Below, piece by piece: positions 39,311-50,050 of a stretch of DNA of 64,000 bases. This stretch comes from Mobula hypostoma (Eukaryota). Location of the stretch: positions 161,634,001 through 161,698,000 of the forward strand of contig NC_086102.1 in NCBI RefSeq assembly GCF_963921235.1. The letters run 5' to 3'. The notes under the pieces were generated by a model. The model saw only the letters and a list, made by a program, of their open reading frames with translations. It was not told where the DNA came from and searched no databases. The position numbers were made by a program, and so were the translations under genes. The stretch's first letter is position 1, and every line of letters begins with the position of its first letter.

Positions 39311-42267
39311 CATAAGACCATAAGATTTAGGAGCAGACGTAGGCCATTCGACCCATCAAGTCTGCTCCGCAATTCACTCGTGGGCTGATCCAATTCTTCC
39401 AGTCATCCCCACTCCTCTGCCTTCTCCCCGTACCTTTTGATGCCCTGGCTAATCAAGAAGCTACCTATCTTTGCCATAAATGCACCCAATGACTTGGCCT
39501 TCACAGCCACTCGTGGCAACAAATTCCACAGATTTACGACCATCTGACTAAAGCAATTTCTCCGCATCTCTGTCTGAAATGGATGTCCTTCAATCCTGAA
39601 ATCGTGCCCTCTTGTCCTAGACTCCCCTACCATGAGAAATAACTTTGCCATATCAAACCTGTTCAAGCCTTTTAACATTCGGAATATTTCTATGAGATTC
39701 CCCCCTCATTCTCCTGATCTTCAGGGAATACAGCCCAAGAGCTGCCAGATGTTCCTCATACAGTAATCCTTTCATTCCTGGAATCATTCTTGTGAATCTT
39801 CTCTGAACCCTCTCCAATGGCACTGATGCCACTACGCCACTAGCCGGGTCCCTAATGTCAATATATCCTTCCTAAAATAAGGAGCCCAAGACTGTGCACA
39901 ATACTCCAAATGTGGTCTCATGAGTGCTTTATAGAGCCTCAACATCACATTCCTGCTCTTATATTCTATACCTCTAGAAATGAATGCCAACATTGCATTC
40001 GCCTTCTTCACCACTGACTCAACCAGGATACCTTTAGAGGTTCCTGCACAAGGACTCCCAAGTCAAGTCCCTTTGCATCTCTGCATTTTGAATTCTCTCC
40101 CATCTAAATAATAGTCTGCCCATTTATTTCTTCCACCAAAGTGCATGACCATACACTTTCCAACATTGTGTTTCATTTACCACTTCTTTACCCATTCCCC
40201 TAAACTATCTAAGTCTCTCTGCAGGTTCTCTGTTTCCTCAACACTACCTGCTCCTCCACCTATCTTTGTATCATCAGTAAATTTAGCCACAAATTCATTA
40301 ATCCCATAGTCCAAATCATTGACATACATTGTAAAAAGCAGCAGTCCCAACAATGATCCATGTGGAACTCCACTGGTATTCGGCAGCCAGCCAGATCAGG
40401 ATCCTTTTATTTCCACTCTGTTTCCTGCCGATCAGCCAATGCTCCACCCATACTAGTAACTTCCCTGTAAATCCATGGGCTCTTATCTTGTTAAACAGCC
40501 TCACGTACGGCACCTTGTCAAAGGCCTTCTGAAAATCCAAGTATACCACATCTACTGTATCTCCTTTGTCTGCTTGTAATTTCCTCAAAAAATTGCAGTA
40601 GGTTAGTGAGGCAGGATTTTCCTTTCAGAAAACCATGCTGGCTTTGGCCTATCTTGTCACGTACCTCCAGGTACTCTGTAATCTCATCTTTAACAATTGA
40701 TTCCAACAACTTCCAACCACTGATGTCAGGCTAACAGGTCTGTAGTTTCCTTTCTGCTGCCTGCCATCCTTCTTAAATAGCAGAGTAACATTTGCAATTT
40801 TCCAGTCATCCGGTACAACGTCAGAACCTAGCGATTCTTGAAAGATCATTGTTAATGCCTCTGCAATCTCTCCAGCTACTTCCTTCAAAACCTGAGGGTG
40901 CATTCCATCAGGTCCAGAAGATTTATCCACTCTCAGACCATTAAGCTTCCTGAGCACCGCCTTAGTCATAATTTTCACTGCACATACTTCACTTCCCTGA
41001 CACTCCTGAATGTTCGGTGTAGCACAAATGTCTTCCACTGTACCATCTCTGTGTCTCTCATTACAATATTTCCAGCATCATTTTTTATTGGTCCTATATC
41101 TACCCCCAACTCTTTATATACTTTTAAAAGCTTTTAGTAACTTCTTTGATAATAGTCGCCAGCTTCCTTTCATAATTCATCTTTTCCTTCCTGATGACCT
41201 TCTTAGTTTCCTTCTGCAAGCTTTTAAAAGCTCTGTATTCCCACTAGATTTGGTTTCCTTGTATGCCCTCTCTGTTGCTTTTACCTTGGCACTGACTTCA
41301 CTTGTCAGTCACAGTAGTGTCCTTCTTCCATTCGAAAATTTCTTCTTATTTGGAATATATTTGTCTTGCACTTCCTCATTTTTCGCAGAAACTCCAGCCA
41401 TTGCTGCTCTGCTGTCCTTCCTCCTGGTGTCCCTTTCCAGCCAACTTTGGCCAGTACCCCTCTCATGCCATTGTAATTTCCTTTATTCCACTGAAATACT
41501 GACACATTGGAATTTAGTTTCTCCTTCTCAAATTTCAAAGTGAACTCAATCATATTGTGATCATTGTTTCCCAAGGGTTCCTTAACCTTAAACTCTCCGG
41601 TTCATTGCACAACACCCAATCTGGCACAGCCGATCCTCTAGTGAGCTCAACAACAAGCCATTCTAAAAAGCCATCCCTTAGACATTCTACAAATTCTCTC
41701 TCTTGAGGTCCAGTTCTGACCTGGTTTTCCCAATCCACTTGCATGTAAAATCCCCAACAATTATCATGACATTGCCCTTCTGACACACCTTTTCTATCTC
41801 CTGCTCTAATTTGTAATCCACATCCCGGCTGCTGTTTGGAGGCCTGGATACAGCTGCCATTGGGGTCCTTTTACCCTTGCCATTTCTTAACTCAACCCAT
41901 AGAGATTCTACACCTTTTGATCCTATGTCATCCCTTTCTAATGATTTAATATTATTTCTTGTACACAGTGCCGCAATACCTCCTCTGCCTACTAACCTAT
42001 CTTTCTGACACACGGTATATCCTTGGACGTTCAGCTCCCAATGGCACTCATCCCTTAGTCAAGTTTCAGAGATGGCCACAACATCATACTTGTCAATCTG
42101 TAGCTGAATTTCAAGATTGTCCATTTTATTTCTTATGCTGCGTGCATTCAAATGTAATACTTTCAGTCCGGTACTTGTTGCTTTCTGTTTTAACTGCACC
42201 ACGCCTCTACTACCTTGTAAAACGTCCCACTGGTTGTGATTATGCCTAATCTCCTGCCTGTCCTTTA
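39311..42267 (-). mobile_element. CR1 LINE ORF2 (APE endonuclease + RT), disrupted
   Basis: LKVLHLNARSIRNK...VAISET (APE N-terminus), GPDGMHPQVLKE, NYRPVSLTS, YLDFQKAFDKVP, RPHLEYCAQSW; short repeat tail at ~39311. Confidence 0.92.
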
Positions 42268-42913
42268 AACATAGAAACACAGAAACATAGAAAATAGGTG
42301 CAGGAGTAGGCCATTCGGCCCTTCGAGCCTGCATCGCCATTTATTATGACCATGGCTGATCCTCCAACTCAGAACCCCGCCCCAGCCTTCCCTCCATACC
42401 CCCTGACCCCCGTAGCCACAAGGGCCATATCTAACTCCCTCTTAAATATAGCCAATGAACTGGCCTCAACTGTTTCCTGTGGCAGAGAATTCCACAGATT
42501 CACCACTCTCTGTGTGAAGAAGTTTTTCCTAATCTCGGTCCTAAAAGGCTTCCCCTCTATCCTCAAACTGTGGCCCCTCATTCTGGACTTCCCCAACATC
42601 GGGAACAATCTTCCTGCATCTAGCCTGTCCAATCCCTTTAGGATCTTATACGTTTCAATCAGATCCCCCCTCAATCTTCTAAATTCCAACGAGTACAAGC
42701 CCAGTTCATCCAGTCTTTCTTCATATGAAAGTCCTGCCATCCCAGGAATCAATCTGGTGAACCTTCTTTGTACTCCCTCTATGGCAAGGATGTCTTTCCT
42801 CAGATTAGGGGACCAAAACTGCACACAATACTCCAGGTGTGGTCTCACCAAGGCCTTGTACAACTGCAGTAGTACCTCCCTGCTCCTGTACTCGAATCCT
42901 CTCGCTATAAATG
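42268..42913 (-). mobile_element. Young CR1 3' fragment nested in the older CR1
   Basis: Open ORF2 C-terminus (ORF 42369..42917) with a (ACATAGAA)-type tail; near-identical to 62446-63010. Confidence 0.92.
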
Positions 42914-44390
42914 TCATCTCTGTTGTACGCTATGTTTGGCTTAGTTCTGTTTTCCCCTTCCTCAGCCCTATCACTCCGGTTCCCATCCCCCCACCAAATT
43001 AGTTCAAATCCTCCCTAACAGCTCTATTAAACCTTCCTGCTAAGATATTGGACCCCTTTGGGTTCAGGCGTAACCTGTCCTTTTTGTACAGGTCGTACCT
43101 CCCCCAGTGTGAGCACGTGGCCAAGTGGTTAAGGCATTGGACTAGCTACCTGAAGGTCATGAGTTTGAACCCCAGCCAAGGGAACGTGTTGTGTCCTTGA
43201 GCAAGGCACTTAATCACACATTGCTCTGCGACGACGCTGGTGCCAAGCTGTATGGGTCCTATTGCCCTTCCCTTGGACAACATTGGTGTCGTGGAGAGGG
43301 GAGACTTGCAGCATGGGCAACTGCTGGTCTTCCATACAACCTTGCCCAGGCCTGCGCCCTGGAGAGTGAAGACTTTCCAGGCGCAGATCCATGGTCTTGC
43401 AAGACCTCCCCCAGAAGAGGCCCTAGTGATCCAGGAACCTGAAGCCCTGCCCCCTACACCTGACTCTCAGCCACACATTAAAATGCCTGATCGTACTATT
43501 CTTGTGCTCATCAGCATGTGGCACAGGCAGCAATCCTGAGATTACTACCCTGGAGGTCCTGCTTTTCATCTTCCTACCCCTCCCTGAACTCTCTCTTCAG
43601 GACCTCCTCCCTTTTTCTACCTATGTCATTGGTACCAACGTGTACCAAGACTTCTGACTGTTCACCCTCTTCCTTCAGAATACTGTGCACCCAATCCGAG
43701 ACATCCCATACCCTGGCACCTGGCAGGCAATACGCTATGCAGGTATCTCTATCAGGCTGACAGAACCTCCTGCCTGTTCCTCTTACTATGGGATCCCCTA
43801 TGACTCCCACATTCCTCATCTTCTTCTCTCCCTTCTGCACCACGGTACCAGGCTCAGTGCCAGAGATCCGATCTCCATGGATGTCCTCAGTCAGGTCACC
43901 CCCCTCAACAGCATCCAAAATGAGTTAATGATTACTGAGGGGGATTACCTCTCTACTATCTGAGTTCTTCCCTTCCCTTCTCTGACAGTCACCCATTTAT
44001 CTAATTCCTGTAGCCTCAGGATGACTAACTCCCTGTAGCTCCTCTCCATCTCCTGCTCACCTTTCCTAAGCTGTAGGTCATCAACCCACAGTTCCAGATC
44101 CCTAACACGGTCTCTCTGGAGCTGCATCTCGGTGCACCCAGCACAGATGTGGCCATCTGGGAGACTGGAAATTTCCCAGGATTCCAACATCCGACACCCA
44201 GAGCAAAGTACTAACCCTAAAGACATGCTGTCTACTCATCAAAAAATGCAAGGAAAAAACTAAGTCCACTTACCCACTTACCTCACCGAAGCCCAAATAA
44301 GTCAAAGCCCTACCACTCTGACTCAGACCTCTCTGTTGATGACCGCTCTGCTAGGCAGTGTCTCCGTTTTATGCCTGAACCTTCCCTGCT
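42914..44390 (-). mobile_element. CR1 ORF1 region (zinc finger + SGNH/GDSL esterase) and 5' end
   Basis: CSGC...HICAGC zinc-finger-like motif; VIGDPIVRG, CLPGARV and LVHVGTND esterase blocks; 5' boundary approximate. Confidence 0.82.
43108..43403 (+). mobile_element. tRNA-derived SINE with 11-bp target-site duplication
   Basis: A-box TGGCCAAGTGG, B-box-like GAGTTTGAACCC, central GTGTCCTTGAGCAAGGCACTTAA (CORE/Meta-like); TSD ACCTCCCCCAG at 43097-43107 and 43404-43414. Confidence 0.88.
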
Positions 44391-44444
44391 CTCCAACACA
44401 TAATTGGTGTGCCAGTTAATCATTTGACTTATTCTATATTTCAG

Positions 44445-44598
44445 ATTGTAGTCTCAAGAAATATAAAAATTAATCGTTTGAAAAACATATACACGTTAGA
44501 GATTAAGTGTGCAACAGTTTCTGACAGTGGAAAATATACAGCAACAGCAAAGAATTTCCATGGACAGTGTTCTGCAACAGCCTCCTTGATTGTACTTG
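44445..44598 (+). CDS. TTN: Titin exon, C-terminal half of M9 (Mex4-like)
   Basis: tttcag| IVVSRNIKINR...SGKYTATAKNFHGQCSATASLIVL |gtatgt; 154 bp. Confidence 0.93.
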
Positions 44599-44801
44599 GT
44601 ATGTTATTGCAATAAATTAATTATCACATCTGGTATTACCTAATTTTGATTTTGTGTATAACTGCGACAATTCATTAATACTATGCAGAACAAAGTTTCC
44701 CTTGTAATTTTATGATTTAATATTTAAACTGGTTGCACGGACTTGCATGGTTTTCGTTGATCTATTATCATATGATGCTCTCGACACATTGTGCTCTGCA
44801 G

Positions 44802-45077
44802 GTCTCATTGAAGAACCTTCAAAAATGGTACTTTTGGAAACTGGTGCTGCTGCCTCTGCTAGCATGCAAGAACATTTTTCTTCCAAGGCGATGCAAATGA
44901 CCAAACAAGAGGCCAGCAGTAGCATGACTGAAGTTAAGTTTGCCAGTATGTCTTCAAGCAGTATGTCATCTTTCAAAGAATCAAGAATATCATCAAGCTC
45001 CAGCTCTTTTATGGAGCTTGCTAGTATGAGTCAATTGGAAACAAGTGCTAGCAGAATGATCAGCGGTAGTATTAAAG
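44802..45077 (+). CDS. TTN: Titin Ser/Met-rich is7 exon (Mex5-like)
   Basis: ctgcag| LIEEPSK...SSMTEVKFASMS...SQLETSASRMISGSIK |gtgata; 276 bp, phase 1-1. Confidence 0.9.
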
Positions 45078-45174
45078 GTGATATTATTAATGTACTGAGA
45101 ATTTTTTTGTAAATTGTATCTAATGTGCTGCTCAGTGACACAAATTACCTTTTGTTTCTTTTTGTTTTAAATAG

Positions 45175-45473
45175 GGTCTTCTCCTAAAATTGAAGCTTTA
45201 CCATCAGATATCACAATTGAGAAAGGAAAGGTTTTAACAGTCGCCTGTGCCTTCTCAGGTGATCCCCTGCCTCAGGTGAAATGGTCACGTGGAGGAAAAC
45301 CTCTTTCTGATGAAACAGAAACTGGCAGATTCCACATTGAAACATCAGATGATTTAACAACACTCATTATTACAGGTGTCCAAGAAAATGATGCAGGACG
45401 CTATACTTTAAGACTCTCAAATGAATTTGGATCAGATTCTGCCACTGTAAATATTAAAGTTAGATCAATTTAA
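45175..45473 (+). CDS. TTN: Titin last coding exon, M10 (Mex6-like)
   Basis: aaatag| ..PKIEALPSDITIEKGKVLTVACAF...NEFGSDSATVNIKVRSI, TAA at 45471-45473. Confidence 0.96.
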
Positions 45474-46442
45474 AGATTTGAATCCCACAACTTGTGTTGT
45501 AAGCTAAACTTGAAAATTGATATCGTAATTATTATGAATTTGAATCACTGACTTGTAAATATTATTTTATTTTTTTACCTGACTTGACATCATGCATTTA
45601 TACCAGACTAGACAATTTCTGAACAAATGGTAGATTGTGCAGTATAGAATTACTGCACATTTGATTTAGGAATTTTTAACCATTTTCTGTGACATGTACA
45701 TACTGTATATAGCCGGTCTAAACGGTTATGCAAGTTTTGTACCTTGTGTTTCATGAGATTTTCATTGCAACTTTTGAAACTGATGGTTAACAGGGGAAAG
45801 TTTGAATAGGACGATTACCTTGTTTAACTTGGAAACTAAAATTTGTGCCTCGACAGAATGTTGATGACTAAGAATACCTCAGCAGGTGGAGAGGCTCCCT
45901 GCTGAAGACAACCTACAAGTTCGTGGAATTAGAAGGCTAGCCTTGTGATGCTATTTACAAATACCCTCCTGTGAATAACATCACAATACTTTAGCCTGTG
46001 AACCGACTATGTCATATCACTGTTCTACACAGACAAGATTATGAATTATGAATACAAAGTAGTAGCGGCCATTACTTTGTATAACCATATTTCATGTGCA
46101 CTGTTTCTAGCATAGTGACATCTTGGATAGTATTAATGATAATTCATTAACCTGGCCATACCCTCATTTCAGCAAACTATACCAAGTACTCCTATGTAGA
46201 AGTAGTGCCAACTCAAGGAGGTTAAGATTTTTCATTGGGTGCGCTGATTTTGTGTGGTAATCGTAGAATTTTATTTAATATTATTTGTTCTTAGGGCATA
46301 CGTGACAGAAACTAGCCACATTAAAAATTATACATGTTCCATCATTTTAATGCCCTATGCAGTAACTTTATTTAGAGTAGTAGTTATTTTATTTTATTGG
46401 GCCTCCTTGAGAATTAGTAAAGTAAATTGGATTTGATTGTGA

Positions 46443-46448
46443 AATAAA
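46443..46448 (+). terminator. Probable titin polyadenylation signal AATAAA
   Basis: AATAAA ~970 nt after the stop, followed by a T/GT-rich tract. Confidence 0.65.
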
Positions 46449-47539
46449 GCATGTTTTCTGCACCTATAAACATTTTCTGTCATTTTTTGTACTTCACTCA
46501 ATTGTAATTACTCTAATGCGAAGTATGCTGACTAGTTTATCCATTTGCTAATCATAATCTTAATACCAGTAATTTTTAATCATCCAATGGAAATTGCTTT
46601 GCCAAGATCAGATCAGATCGACAATCATCTTATCAAATAACGAAGTAGACTTATTCTTGTGTACATCTCTAATTTCTTCTTTAACAAAGTAACGTACTTA
46701 GCAAGTTGAAAGGCTGGATTACAATTAAGCACATCAGTGACTCTGAAATTACATGTCAGCCTGACCAGATAAACTAGTTATGGTGTTAGTTGACAGATTA
46801 TTTGAATGCTAATAGTAAATGGCAGGTAGCATGGAAAATGGGTCACAAGTTCAGTAGAATAAAATAGGGTTGTTTTTGTAATTGGCAAGATTGATGTTCA
46901 GAGTGACTTGGGTATAACTATCCTGCAGCTATGAGACTAGAACCAAACATCAATGTTTAAATGCCTTTGATTCATAACATACACCTTTTTGGCCACCCAA
47001 AAAGTTATCAGAATGTTGCAAAAATGTTCTAATGCCCTTTAGGAGAGGAAATCTGCCTTCCTTTCCAAAGCTAGCCAAATCTATTAATGTATTTAACTTT
47101 TAAATGTTCCGACAAGGATGGTTAAGGAAGAGCAACAGATATGCCGCCTTCATAGTTGCATCAATACGTTGGGGCCAGGGTGGATCTTCAAACGATATTG
47201 ATACCCAAGAACTAGAATACACTGTGACCAAGCCTGTATGGATAGAAAATTCCAAAAGTTTCACAACAAATTGTGTACAGTTTGAGACAATAACTTCCTG
47301 CCCCCACCAACACCCACAGCAGGGAAACATCAACTCCACAACTAATGTACTAAAGTATTCATACAGTACATACATAGAATGCAAGTTTTTTTTGGGGGGG
47401 GGGTTAACTATAGACGAAACAACAAAATAACCTGAATGGTGCTTTTGGTCCAAATTGCTGGAAGAAACAATTGTGCTTGTTATTGTTTGGGACCACAAAA
47501 ACATGAGCAAGTTAAATATTCACAAATCTTTTATCAGAG

Positions 47540-48175
47540 CATAGCACAGGAATAGGTCCTTTGACCTACAGTGTTGTGCTGAACCAAGTAAATTAGTAAT
47601 AAAATGGTCAACCAATCTCTTCTGCTTACACAATGTCCATATCCTCACATTCATGTATCTATCAAAATGTCTCTTAAAAGTCCCTAATGTATCGCTCTAC
47701 CACCTCTCCAGACAGTGCATTCCGGGTACCAACCACTGTAAAAAACCTTGCCCCTCACATCTCCTTTGAACTTACCCCCTCACATCTTAAATGCATGGCC
47801 TCTGATGTTAGACAGTTCAACCCTGGGAATACAATATGCTGTCTACTCTATCTATGCCTCATATCTTATAAACCTCTATCAGATCTCCACTCAGCTTCCA
47901 TCACTCCAGAGAAAACCCAAGTTTGTCCAACCTCTCATTATAGCACATACCCTTTAATCCAGGCAGCATCCTGGTAAACCTCATATTCACTTTCTCCAAA
48001 GCTTTAACAGCCTTTCTATAATGGGGCAACCAGAAATGTGTGCATTACTCCAGATGTGGCCTAACTAGACTTTTATAAAGCTGCAATATAACTTCCTGAC
48101 TTTCGAACTCAATGCCTTGACTAATTGACTAATGTGCCTTCTTAATCACCCTATCAATCCGTGCAGCCACTTTCA
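47540..48175 (-). mobile_element. Decayed CR1 3' fragment
   Basis: Recognisable CR1 3' sequence similar to 27840-28450; boundaries approximate. Confidence 0.7.
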
Positions 48176-48204
48176 GTACTTTTAAACAGTTTTCCATCCT
48201 TTAC

Positions 48205-49123
48205 TGTCTTGTCTCCCTTTCTCTTCACCATTTACACCTCGGACTTCAACTACTGCACAGAGTCTTGTCATCTTCAGAAGTTTTCAGATGACTCTGCCAT
48301 AGTTGGATGTATCGGCAAGGGAGATGAGGTCGAGTACAGGGCTACTGTAGGAAACTTTGTCACATGGTGTGAGCAGAATTATCTGCAGCTTAATGAGAAA
48401 AAGACTAAGGAGCTGGTGGTAGACCTGAGGAATCGGTGACCCCCGTTTTCATCCGGGGGTCAGTGTGGACATGGTGGAGGATTACAAATACCTGGGGATA
48501 CGTATTGACAATAAACTGGACTGGTCTAAGAACACTGAGGCTGTCTACAAGAAGGGTCAGAGCCATCTCTATTTCCTGAGGAGACTGAGGTCCTTTAACA
48601 TCTGCCAGACGATGCTGAGGATGTTCTACGAGTCTGTGGTGGCCAGTGCAATCATGTTTGCTGTTGTGTGCTGGGGCAGCAGACTGAGGGTGGCAGACAC
48701 CAACAGAATCAACAAACTTATTCAAAAGGCCAGTGATGTTGTGGGGATGGAACTGGACTCTCTCACGGCGGTGTCTGAAAGGAGGATGCTGTCTAAGTTG
48801 CATGCCATCTTTGTCAATGTCTCCCATCCACTACATAATGTACTGGGTAGGCACAGGAGTACATTCAGCCAGAGACTCATTCCACCGAGATGCAACACAG
48901 AGCGTCGTAGGAAGTCATTCCTGCCTGTGGCCATCAAACTTTACAACTCCTCCCTTGGAGGGTCAGACACCCTGTGCCGATAGGCTGGTCCTGGATTTAT
49001 TTCATAATTTACATATTACTATTTAACTATTTATGGTTCTATGATTATTTATTATTTATGAAGCAACTGTAACGAAAACTAATTTCCCCCTGGGATCAAT
49101 AAAGTATGACTACTACTACTACT
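48205..49123 (+). mobile_element. Rex1/Babar-type LINE 3' fragment
   Basis: LSPFLFTIYTSDF, LQKFSDDSAIVG, YKYLG, YFLRRLRSF, RRKSFLPVAIKLYN; AATAAA followed by (TAC)n tail. Confidence 0.88.
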
Positions 49124-49809
49124 ACATAGGACACTCTACTGCCATGAATAATCTTGCATCAAAATTTGATCACCTTCAAGCATGAGTAATTTTTTTCATA
49201 AGCAGCCTCAAATTTATAATTTAATATTCTCTCAAAAATTTTTAAATGTTTGAACAGACTAGAATTGTTTTTCCTGGAGATTTTTTTTTGCTCCCAAAAA
49301 AATCAGTATGTAAGCACCTGGTTGAAAAACGAACATTTTACCATAAAACCCAAGATATTGCATTGTCATGTGAATTCTAAATGGAAACAATGAAACCTCA
49401 AGCATTTATGGCCTGTTGCATAGTGTAGTTAAACATAAATAATGAAACCATGATGTGGACAGTGTCCGCCAGAAAGAAATATTATCCTCTAGAAAGGTTT
49501 AATTTGGCTCAGTAGTGCAAGTATAGGCAAGGTCAGAAGATTGTTACTTAAAATAAAAACTAGAAGTACACATACATAGACAAAAGGTTACCTGTAAAAT
49601 CTGAGTCAATTTATGACTAATTCATTCTATACTGTCAGCAGGACAAGTATTCATTGATGGTTTGGAAAAACAATTTCAAGCTAAGAATTAAAGGTAATTC
49701 TTGAAATCTTGTTTCACAAATTGGCCTTATACATTTTTGTTCTAAAATCTTCATACTACTCATGGATTATAAAATTAAGTCTGAATTATTGAACATGGTA
49801 ATTACAAAA

Positions 49810-50050
49810 CCATAAGACATGGGAACAGAATTAAGCCATTCAGCCCATCAAGTCTACTCCACTGTTCAAAGCTAATTTATTTTCCCTCTCAACCCCATTC
49901 TCCTGCCTTCTCCCAATAATCTTTGATGCCCTTACTAATCAGGAACCTATCAACCTCAACTTTAAATATACCCAATGGCTCGGACTCCACAACTGCCCAT
50001 GGCATTGAATTCCACAGATTCATCACATTCTGGCCAAGGAAATTCCTCTA
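49810..50050 (-). mobile_element. CR1 3'-end fragment
   Basis: Resembles the CR1 3' terminus at ~39315-39560. Confidence 0.7.

Larger units (their letters stand above)
1..45473 (+). other. TTN: Titin gene, 3' portion (A-band C-zone to M10), 36 exons in window, 5'-truncated by the window edge
   Basis: Ig/Fn3 11-domain super-repeats, titin kinase, M-band domains, C-terminus ...GSDSATVNIKVRSI*; exons join in frame through GT-AG introns; PLEKHA3 and FKBP7 lie downstream as in human. Confidence 0.99.

Noticed and set aside
43108-43185. Possible tRNA gene
   Set aside because: tRNA-like head continues into a SINE body flanked by a TSD; no convincing cloverleaf.
47100-47510. Overlapping ORFs on both strands between TTN and PLEKHA3
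   Set aside because: No recognisable domain or splice context; consistent with chance.
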